Origin: Amphiscolops sp. MND2022
Taxonomy: Eukaryota
NCBI GenBank assembly: GCA_964187785.1
Contig: OZ076409.1
Coordinates: 37,760,001-37,824,000, forward strand
Direction: 5' to 3'
DNA length: 64,000 bases
How positions within the stretch are numbered: position 1 is the stretch's first letter; each line of letters begins with the position of its first letter. A program made the position numbers and the translations under genes. This document shows, one piece after another, positions 38,881-50,676 of the stretch. The notes beneath the pieces were generated by a model that was given only the letters and a program-made list of their open reading frames with translations, made no database searches and was not told where the DNA came from.

Positions 38881-41460
38881 CAGGAAAGTTTGATAAAGAA
38901 AAGTCACCTCTCAAATGAAAACCAAATATGGTTCCACCATGGCCATTTCAAAAAGTCGTTTTTGCCTTTGTCTTCGCAACATCCGACATAAGTCGAGAAA
39001 AACAGTAATATTTCGAATTCAGAGTCTTTTTCTTGTTGTTTCGTATAACAGAAAACGGTAAAATTAGGGTTTAAACTGTGAAGTACAAAATTCCACTCTG
39101 ATTAGAATCGAACCCTTTCATCCTGGAAAAGAGTAACTTCGTAAAAATATGACCTAAAAATTGGAATCAGCTTGTTTTTATTCGTTATTTTTGTTTTATT
39201 GGCGGTTATTTCATTATCCAAAGTTTTCGTTTTTGTTTTCGTAATCATGAAAAAAGCTGTTAGAGACCTTTTTGTGGTTCAGAAATGCAATTTCCCAACG
39301 AAAAACTGTCCGGGAACGGCTCAAATTAGCGTTCCGCTTGAAGCGCAAATCGACTAAAGTCTATTTAATAAGCTCTATTAAAATATTAGGAAGACTTCTC
39401 TTTACAACATCACAGAGAAATATTTAAAAAGATTGGAACGTCTCAGGTCGGCGCTATTTCTAAGGCTCGAAAAGCGCATTTTTGAATAATGTGTGTGACG
39501 TTTTTTTGAAAAACTCCTGTTTTGGAACCTCCGCCTCCTCCTTAATAAAACGCAATATAGTTCGGGTATAACGTCAAAAGTTCGGATATAACGCTTTACT
39601 CCGGATATTACGATGGGGAACTTCAATGAAACCGAAGGATCCTTTGGAGACAAAAAAAATGAAAACAAGTCGCACAGTGCCGAAAAAAAACTGGAAGGGG
39701 GCCTTTTATCTCGCCCGGTTTTTTGTTGCGTTTGAAAAGAAAAATGAAAAGGGGACCCTTTGCACTAACTTAGATGCGTTTCCCAGGTATTCATTTAGTT
39801 GAACGAACTGAACAAAAATTTCGTCGCATTCTAAAAACTCTTCTCAACTAAAAACAAAAAGCCCAAAGTTTTGGGAAACAATTGTTTCTAAAATTTTGTT
39901 ATCAACAAAGCGTCGCGCAGTTCCAAGTCGAAGGACCCAAAGGGTCTGTGTGCTCGCAAAACGATATATCCTTGGTGTAATCAAAAATTTTAAAGGACCC
40001 TTCAGTAAAGTGAAAACATATGGGAGGAAAAAACAGTGTCGAGAAAAAACCAAAAGATGGACCTTTTGAACTTCCCTTTACCGTTGCAAGCATAAAAAAC
40101 TTTGGCGTAGAGGGTGAATTGACCCGTGTGGTTGACGTATGAAGAGTGAAAGTTCGTAGTTGTAAATATGTATTGAAGTACCTGTTAAAAGTCTAGCTTG
40201 AGATTCTCACGCTATCGCCATTTGCCTGAGAGCCTTGATGAAAAGAAGCAACATCAGAAATCGCTCATTTCAGAACACTACAATACATTCTTAACCCTCT
40301 GCATCTTTTTACATTCATTCTATTGAGTTCAACGTTAACAAACCGAGCTATCTGCAAAAATGGTGGAAAAAATTCCTGTAAAAAATTCCTGTGCTAAAAC
40401 TGATTTTTCGTTCATAGAAAAACGCAAAATAAGAGGAATTGGGAACTACTTCATCAAAAATCGAAACTTTGCATTTTACGTTATGCGAATTATTTTTTTT
40501 GTACAAAATGTTGCGTCACTTGGATTAGCAATAATCAGCGTGGAAAAATAGCAGCAAATCATGTTTTCGTTCTGTTAAAAAAACACTCTTTTATAAGACG
40601 TTCTTCGGAAAGAATTTTATACCGGGGCCCCTTTCGTAATCTCTTGCCCAGTTTTTTCACCTTTTCATGTTATTTCAATTTTGTAACACACTTGAATTAC
40701 ACATCTTCGAAACAATCTCTGTAATTTTATACACCGGTTAGGGATTCAAGCGTTTTCAAAATTTGCTTAGTATAAGATAGGAATTTTTAAAAACATACCA
40801 TTAGATGAAATTACTTCGAATTATACTGCTAATTGAAAGGTTCGCACGAGAATTTTTACAGTGCACGCAGTAGAGAGTGAACAGAGAGACAACAATGTCG
40901 AAGAGCAACAGGTAGAATTTTATCTCAAGAAAGCACGTGATGTGATGTCTCCATTATTTTTGTTTAACGATAAAAATTTCCACTCGTTCCCTTGCAGTCT
41001 TCTCTCAGCTTCAATAATTTGTGTCTAATTTGATGGTTATTCGATAACTGCATCACCTAACAATGCAAATGAAAGTAGTAAGCAACGGAAAGAAACAGTT
41101 TTGACATTTTAATGAAAATAGTCACCTCAAAAATTCTCATTACGTTTTTGCATTAGAAAATTAGTCAATTTAGAGTTACACAGAAAAATTTGATATCATG
41201 TTAAAAATACTAAAATTTTCAAAAATACCTTATCAATAACTTATGGAAAAACAATTTCTGTCAATTTTCTGCTGAAAGTGAAGCCTATGTCTATGTAATG
41301 AGCACTGAACGGTAATAAAGAAATACGAAGCTTTTCAATTCTCACTATATACGAACTTTGAGAAAACTCGCAAAATTAAGTATTCACTGGTTGGCATAAC
41401 ATTTAGTTGATACAATGTTTCCATATAAGTGTATCGTCCAGCAAAAGGAGCAAAATCTTG

Positions 41461-42342
41461 TGTCATGCCGGAAGCATGAATGAAACTGATAAAGAAAATT
41501 CTAAACATTAAAAACTCCCCATCTTCATTATCCCATCATCATTATTACCTTCCAAAATAAAATCGATTTGTAAAAGTTGACATCATTTACTCATTACACG
41601 CTACGTACAAGTGCTTTCATCATATTTAACTTCATCACTAAACTGTAGTACTATATATAGCAATGGTATTAAACCACCATAGATTCAATTTGTATCAACC
41701 AACGCAATACTAAAGTGATAGATGATTCATGTAACCATGGTAACATATCGGCGCTATCTTTTGTACTAAACGCCATTTACGTTGCTACCAGCAGGACGCA
41801 CCAATTAACACCTAATCAATAGCGCAATACTATTGGTCAATGCGGTCACGTGACCAGCTTCAGTGAAAATTGCGACAAGTGTTGAAGTACCTTCAGTACA
41901 AAAATTACCTTCACCTAACGTAGTGTTGCTTACCTCATTGATTTACGCAAAACTTGATATTCATATTTTCAACTTGATCAATAAACTTTTAAAACAGCAA
42001 TTCCTTTCGAAGATTTTGAAGATGGTCAATACTAGATGTCAAAACGTAGATAGTTACGCAGCGTGTTCCAGCGGAATGGAACGAAACAGTGACAATGAGA
42101 GCGAAAATAGTTTCCCTAACACGTTATCTCGAAATCAAATGAAAGAATTCGAGAATGGAGATTTGATCAACGTTAGACATAATTCCAACTTTGTTCGGTC
42201 GATCAACGTTTCATGGAAATGAACAGACAAATCAGTGATTTAACATGTATTGTGTTAGCCCTTACTGAGAAAATATCATCATCGACAACCGAATGTAGCG
42301 GACTCAACACCGTTACTATTACGAACGTGACCCGTTCTGACA
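41461..42342 (+). repeat. 5' LTR of element C (882 bp)
   Basis: High identity to 56107-57038 apart from a ~50-bp indel near the start. Confidence 0.93.
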
Positions 42343-43610
42343 TGGTGACAGGAGTCTCCACGGACTCAAGCCCGACTCCAAATCTCCCACAGCCACGCAG
42401 GACCCTCCCAACCCCTGCAACTCACCAGACCAGAGATCGTGCACCACCCACCAACGAACCTCAGATGGATGATGTATTGACTGAAATACATAATCTACGA
42501 ACAACAACGACTGACGGAGTGATACAGCCCAAAATCCTCCAAACTCAAGTACCTCTCTTCCGCGGAAACCGAGAGAAGTACAACGAATTCGAGCACCTAC
42601 TGAAGAACCACTTTCGCCCACACATGAACAAATTAACGGAAGAGCAGAAACTAAACTAATTGCAGTGCTGCTTAGGGACGAAGCCATAGAATTCTAGCAG
42701 ACACTGAAAATCACGAAAGAAACGACACTCCAAGACGTCCTGCAAGCTTTCACCAAGGAGTATGCGAAGGAAGACCTCAAAGAGGTATCGAAGTACAAAT
42801 TCGATCAGATGAGGTATGACCCGACGAAGGAATCGTTTGCCGACTTCCTCACTAGATACAAGAAACTCGCTAAACAAGCATACGGAGATAAAGTCAACGA
42901 CATAGCCGAAACATCCTTGTTTGCCAAACTACCAATCCAGATTCAAAATGAACTCGCCATGGCAGGCAAGCACGATGCTAAGGTTGAAGAGATCAAGACG
43001 TTCGTGCAACGTCGTTGCCAATATGCACAACTGCTCCCTGGCACTTCGGATATGCAACCACTCAACCAAATCTACAACTACCAACCCAAACAACCAGAAC
43101 GCCCAGCCGGCCCCCAACAACAATACCACTGAAAAGACCGCCACAAGGGAAGTCAAACGAATGTTTGAAGGAAACTGCAGATACTGCAACATACTGGGCC
43201 ACAAGTGGATTGAATGCCGCAAACGTCTCAGAGTCGAAGCCAACGGGATAACAAAGAAAACACAACAACGTCCTCAAACTGACAACACCAATGCCCAACA
43301 ACAACAGACCGAAAAACCACGATACAACTCCAAACTAGTATGTCAAATCTGCGGAAAAGTTGGACACTCCGCAAGAGACTGCAGGGACAGAGTCCCAAGT
43401 GCATCAGCTTACGGAAATATACCATATAACAAGCAGTCCACCAATGAGAATCGCGAATTCCGCCGTGAGTTCAAACAATCGCAGAACAACTACCAGCCAA
43501 CCTACCAAGTCAAGCAGGAGACAAGCCAGCATACCCAAGCAGAAGAAGACAACGACTGCTACGACATGGATTACAATGATGAATTCGACCAGAATTCAAA
43601 AAACTTGTAA
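42022..43610 (+). pseudogene. gag: Gag of element C (ATG inside the LTR)
   Basis: Starts MVNTR. Two CCHC knuckles, CRYCNILGHKWIEC and CQICGKVGHSARDC. A few frameshifts and stops. Confidence 0.88.
42343..42355 (+). promoter_or_regulatory. Primer-binding site TGGTGACAGGAGT (tRNA-Leu-like), lying within the gag frame
   Basis: TGG directly after the LTR. Resembles the TGGTGTCAGGAGT Leu-type PBS; the tRNA identity is inferred. Confidence 0.7.
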
Positions 43611-46600
43611 TGCCACGTCATCCTCCATCCAACCAAACAGAAAGTGCGCGCAATAAACAACCAACTTAAACTCACTACTACTCGAAAACTACAACAACAG
43701 GATGTTGGCAGCGTCCTGACAAACAGACTAAACCATCAACGAAATACTATGTACACGAAGTCTCACCAAATAACTACCATATACTTCCTCTCATAGACGA
43801 CGACCCCAATTGTACAACGAAAGACTGCATTCCGAAAGAAAACCCACCTAAACCACAAGGAAGAGAAGATGCCAACCCGACAAGAACCAAAAACCCACGA
43901 CGCAATCCGGACGAACTAAATGACAACACCAAATGGGGAAACTCACTGAAGCCAACAAATATCAGACCATTGAGCGCTACACTCCAACTTGACAGAAGAC
44001 ACAAGATGATCTACGTCCCTCTTCAATTCCGAGAGTACGAAAACGAAGGACTGCTAGACACAGGAGCAATCCAGAGCGCAATGTCCGAGAATGAGCTACG
44101 CCGCATCTTACAAGCTCACCCAGCAGCCCAATTGGAAGAATACCCAGCACCGGACTTCAAAGTCCAAATTGCCAACGGATACATCGTCCCTGTGAGAAAA
44201 CAAGTATTGCTTCGCTTTTTCATCGGAGGGAAAATATTCGAAGAGACATTCATGATCTTACCAACAATGGGAAACATCCTCATCGGAATGTCCTTCTTTA
44301 AAAAATACTCTGTTACGCTGGATCTTGCAAATAACTTTGTACGATTCCCAGAAATATCCCTCCAACTAAAACCGCCGAATGGGAAATTCAAACTGCAGAT
44401 GTTGGAACTCAGAACAACCCAAAAAACAACCATCTCGCCCGGACAACAAATCTTTGTGCTTGCTACGACGGACAAGAACATTGGAACAATAACAGGCACA
44501 ATAGAGGCGTTTCCAGCCTTTGAACGAAAAACTGAATTGCTAGTGTCTCCATCAATGTCCGAAATCAAGGACCAACAGACCCACGTCCAAATCACCAACC
44601 ACATGGACCACGCAATTACGACACCCCAGAATACCACAATCGCAGTCTTCCGAACGCTTACGCCAAACCAAGCTAAAAACGTTCAGTCAATGACTAACGA
44701 GCAGCTGACATTGATCACTAAAATCCCTGAAGAAGCAGCCAACGTGATCAACCAATTGTTCTAGGATCCCAGTGCCACAAATGACAAGCTATGGTACCCA
44801 ACGCCCGAAACATGTGACGATCCGGACAAGCTAAACAAAATAGAAAGACGCATCTACGACGAACTCATCAAACTCCGAGAAGCTGAAAAACTCAACCCGA
44901 CATGTGATGACGAACAACGCCAGGCGTTCCTCGATAATTTCAGCTGGGACGACTCGATCCTCACTGAGCACGAACAACAGAGGATCGAAGAACTGTTCGT
45001 CAAATACCACACGATATTTACCAGACATCGTCTTGATATCGGCATCAACACCGATTTCAAATTCAAGCTGACACCCAAACACGATGATCCGGTGTACGCC
45101 CAGAGTCTACCTACTCCGACCAATCTAAAAGATGACCTGCTGGTTGAACTCGCCCTGATGCAGGAGTACGGGATAATCACAACGTTACCATACAGCAAAT
45201 ATTCCTCCCCAACATTTGCACAACGAAAACCCAACCGGAAACTTCGGATATTAGTCGACTTGAGGCAGATCAACCACCTCCTCAAAAACGACTACAACAA
45301 ACACAACTATCCAGTGACAACAATTGCCGATGCAGCCCAGCACATGGCTGGCAAGAAGTACTTTTGCAAGCTTGACTGTTCGCAAGCTTACCACTGCCTT
45401 CAAATGGCCGACAAACAGTCAACACAACTTCTAGCATTCAATTTTGGCAGCAGAACCTTTGCTTACCTCCGATTTGCGCAAGGGTTGAACAGGTCTTTGT
45501 CTGCATTCAACAGCACAATTCGCGAGTACCTGGATGCACTAGTAAAAGCAGACAAATGTGCCCAATATGTCGACGACATCGGGATTGCTGCCAACAATGT
45601 GGACGAACTGATAATCAACATCGAAGCAGTTTTCCAACAGATACAAAAGGCAGGACTAAAGCTGTCGATGTCCAAATGCGCCTTTGGCCACCCGAAGATC
45701 GAGTTCTTGGGTAGAAGCATCACTACCAAAGGGACCACACCGCTTGAGGACAAGATCGACAAATTCCTCAACAACTTGAAACTACCAACGTCAGTCAAAT
45801 CACTGCAACGCTACATCGAATTTGTACAGTTCTACAGACAATACATACCGATGTTGGCAGAAAAACTCGCACCTCTGTACAAGCTACTACAGAAAGACGT
45901 CAAGTTCGTACTGACGCAGGTTCACAAGGACGCGATCTTCGACATCAATCGGAACCTGGCACGGGCTGCTAAACTGTCTCTTCGACTACCACTGCCAGAC
46001 AAACAGCTAGTCATCATGTGCGACGCGAGCGAACATGCAGCAGGGTACGTACTCCTCATTGAAGACTACACCGAAGTCAATGATGGACAGAAGAAGACAT
46101 ACGCCCCAGTAGCATTTGGCTCGCAACGATTTACTAAGGTCAAATGTCATTGACCATGTATGCGAAAGAATTCCTCGCAATGCACTTCGCCTTCGACGAA
46201 TTTGCTCACATACTGTGGGGCCTCAAAAAACCCACAATTGTAATGACGGATAACAAAGCACTGACCCGCTTTTTCCACTCGAAGCGAATCCGACCTAAGC
46301 TGTGGAACCATTGCGACCAAGCACTGCAGTTTGATTTTGTCCTCGCTCATGTCCCTGGAGTCGAGAATCCTGCAGCAGACTACTTGTCAAGACTCGACAT
46401 AAACCCCGAGGACAGGATACATTTAAAATCGAACGACCAGATCCCAGTCCACCACATTGAGATAGATCTTGCGGCCAAAACCCCAAAACAAGATGATGAC
46501 GAGGAAGACTACGATCCTGACGAACAGCGACCCGATGTAACGATGACCACTACACCAAACCAACCCGAGACCACTGCAGACTTTGCGAAAATGCAGTCTT

Positions 46601-48560
46601 TGCTAAACTCCCTGGCGAGCAACCACTACCAACATGACGATGAACGCCTCAAAATGATTCAGCTCATCAGCAGACACCTTGAACCAGTTCTGTCAGGCGA
46701 CGCTCCTTCCGTCATACTAACGAGGTTTACCAGACGTCATCACCCCAACTCGGTAAATCAGGAATACCCAAACGGGGGTTCATAAATTATCCAAGACCAG
46801 TTAAGTAACCAGGACATCCAAAAAATGGTTCGCATTTTAACAAACAACGAACCGCTGCCAAGCCACGTTAACTTTACCAGTTCCTTTTTCCAAAAACTTG
46901 TTAAAAACAGAAAACGACTTGAAGTTGTCAACAAGGTCTTTTATAGGAACTTTTTTGATAACACTGGCAGAATTCTACTTAAACAAATTGTAGTACCTCC
47001 AGAAACTACTATGCCCATAATCAGGACAATGCATGGCGACCCCATGCAGGGACACCCTGGGGCATCAAAAATGTTGGTAGAACTCCGCAAGCGTTATTAC
47101 ATACCAAACTCGAGTGCACACGTGTCAAAGTACGTAAGTATCTGTATTGAGTGCATACAAGCAAAACCGGTTAACCCGAAAAGACTGACGCCTCCTTTGG
47201 AAAAAAATCTACGACCCCTGCAACGGGCCGGAAGACGTACTGGAAATCGATTTGGTAGGCGAACTACCTATTTCAAACGGATATACGCACATCCTGACGG
47301 CGTGCGACTACTTCTCGCGTTATCTGTTCGCGGTACCGATCCGAAAACCAGATGCGATATCCGTGGTGAAAGCACTCATGCAAATATTTACCCAACACGC
47401 CTACGTCCCGAAAACAATAATCACCGACAAAGGCACAGCTTTCACATCCAGCATCATGACCGAAATAAAGAAAACTGCGGAATCAAGATCGACCACGCTA
47501 ATGTAAAGCACGCCCAAACCATAGGGATGGTAGAACGTTCCCACCAAAAACTGAAACAGATTTTGAAAATTAACAATTCCGCTGACTCCCCACCAGGGGA
47601 TAGGTACGTTAACATTGCAGTAATGGCACATAACACAACCTACCACCAATCACTCAAGTGTACCCCAAGTGAAGTCTTTCACGGTAGGATTCCGTTTAAC
47701 GCACTAGATCTCAAATTCGGCAACCCCCTGAAGTGTGAGACTACGGAAACTGACATAACGAGATTAGTTGATCAAGTGAATGAGAAGTACCGACAAGTGA
47801 ACGACAATATACTACAAGCGTACCACAAGTACAAAAGGTATTACGACCGCAAAGCTCAAGCGTTACCGTTAAAAGTCAACGACTTCACCTTCCTGCTTAA
47901 TCCCAAACTCACAACACAGTCCGACAAGATTAGTTTTAACGACTTCAAATGGGAAGGTCCTTACAAAGTAATTAAAGTACTGACAAACTTAACTACATAA
48001 TCAGGAAAGTCGGAACTTTCCGAACACAGTGCGTGCATAGGATGCGATTACGTCCTTTCACACCGAACGCACCAATACCGGACATTGAAGAAGACTCAAA
48101 TCGCTTGTTCGCTGACCCCGATGCGGCCGATGATCAAGCGCTCTTCAATGACCACATGCCTCAACATTTGTACGCAGAACCAGCACCGGAAACAATCGAT
48201 CAAGAAGAAATCGACAATGAACATGGCATCATCTATTATGAGTACGTATGGAAATCGAATGACCAAACGCTGCTGCAACCAATTCCTGAGAGCCCACCTG
48301 AAACTTGCGAGCAACCCCCTGACAATTCAGTTGTTAATCACGACACCAACAACGAATCTGATACTGAAACAAGCGAATCTGTTACTGAACATACCACGAC
48401 AATTCACAATGAGCACAACCACACAACGTCGCGTAACAACGCAACACGGTACAATCTCCGAACCGAACCGCAACCGAAAACCTACCAAGACTTCTTAGTC
48501 CACGAACTCCGCGTCAAACCGGCTTTGCTAAAATTCATGCAAGGCAGACCCGTCAACTAA
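43599..48560 (+). pseudogene. pol: Pol of element C (PR, dUTPase-like insert, RT, RNase H, integrase)
   Basis: LLDTGA; YVDD; MCDAS/KEF/MTDN; integrase H..GH...CIEC, EIDLVG, ITDKG, GMVER. Several frameshifts. Confidence 0.93.
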
Positions 48561-50676
48561 AACTCATGCAAACGTAACATCTGTGTTTCCTCTTACTGAC
48601 AATTCGGAGGCTTCGCCTCGTGTCAGTACGAGAAGTAATACTACATGCAAAATTTAAATGGGAGTGTGCTACACTCTCTCCACAAAAAAAGAATCTCGTA
48701 ACACATACATGTGAACTAAATCAAGTAGTCACGAAGAAAAGCGATACTGAATGATACCACAAATAACGTCTAACACTCACTGTCATCAATTTTCAAAATT
48801 ACCGGACAAAGCACATTTACGCCCTTAACCGGCTAACGAATGACAGACGAGACATCCGTAACACAGTTCCACACCGCGTCGCTACGTGTTATTTAACGTT
48901 TCACTCTATTCCACCAGCGGAATGAACGAAAAGAAACACCTTACGCCGCCACGCATACCACGTCATTCTTACCATAAAAAATATATATACATGCAATTAA
49001 CTGAGTGTAGTCTACATCACCACATGTAACGACCATACCACCGAATTACTCAATTTACTTTACGTCATTCAGTGACGACTGATACTCACTGTCCTGCAGA
49101 CCCGAGTTTACCGGCAGAGTAAAGTGTTACTCTCTACCGAGACAGCTGAGCGCGAAAGTAAATACATGTAATGCAGTCATATACACCACATCAACCTAAC
49201 CGGAAATTACTAAGTACATGTAAAACGTGTGTAAGCGAACCACTAAATTATGCAATTCATGAAAATCTCCAACCACACGCCTTCAAAGGAATTGCGTTGC
49301 AATTCCGTAACCACTGACTCTGAATCAACTAAATTAGGTTCCCTTTGCAAACATAACAGCCCACAAACGAGAACGTAAAAGAATTAGCCGATTCGCTCAA
49401 GTTACGTCTTCAGAACCTAGTTTCACACTTCCGCCCGAATAACCATGATGTGGTTCGGCTGTGTGGGTGCGTCATCAAAAGCGCGTCTGTGTGGTTGGTC
49501 AAACATTCAGATGAAGCTTGCTCTTTAGCAAGTGGATTCGGTGTAAGTTTTGTATGGGTTTTTGCGACGGCAAACAACCTTCCCAATAAACTGAAAGGAA
49601 AAAACCTCTTCCTCAAGGACATTTACATGCAGTCGTCACTATTACTTGCCAATTTTGCCGTGACGCTCTTGTTCTTACTGGTGATTCGAAGGTTTCGCTT
49701 CGCGTCAGAAAGGACAACGATACAAATACACGTAGTCACTATCACCACATGACCGAAATTCGGAACAAGGGATAGATCACACCTTCCCTTGCCAAAAAAG
49801 GTAATGGACATGGGGAAACCCAATTTCCATTAATCTGACGTTAACATTTGATACACGTCACGAGTGATGACGTCTCATGACACACATCAGCGTTGACGCT
49901 GTCAGAGCTAACGCTCAACTTGACAACTAGAATAATACATGTAAAGCACAAAAACAATATTTGACACCTTAGAATGACACTTAAGCTCCTAAACACCCGT
50001 TAAAGCACACGCACTTAGAGTATATATAGCGTGCAATACATTAGTTCGACCATTGGGAAGGAGCGGTGCAGCTCCGTTCATTCACCTTGGTGTAACCACA
50101 GGGCATCGATACCACTTTGTGAGATCTGTGGGTAAACCTCCGTGAACTCTGTCTTAAGTGGTGGCTACGCAAGTAACCATCATGCATTCGCACTGGAATA
50201 AGAAAAAACTCTATTCAGCCCCCTAACAAAATGAAACCAGCTAACAAAATTCACATGTAAAAAACTTGTATAACGTAGGCAACATGTAAATTCAACTTCA
50301 GTAACGGTGCTGGAAGCAAAACAAAATAAAGTCAAAAGTCATGCACCAACGACAACTGAATACTACAAATCATGAAGAAAGAACAACACAACAGGTATGC
50401 AGAATGAAACAAAAATCATCAAAATGAAAACTGAAAAACAAGCTCAACGTTCTAAAACATGTAAAATAACCAGAAGTCAAACAAAAAGAACAGGAGACTG
50501 CCTGTTATCACAACTAGCCTCTTGTGACCTCTGATATATCTAAAACTGCTCCCGCAATAAAACAACAAAAAACATATATAAACTACACGTTCAGAGGCAA
50601 AACATTCAAATTGATACAAATCATTTGAACAAGCAACAAACTACCATCTACAAGCTCAACACAGTGTAGTTCACAA

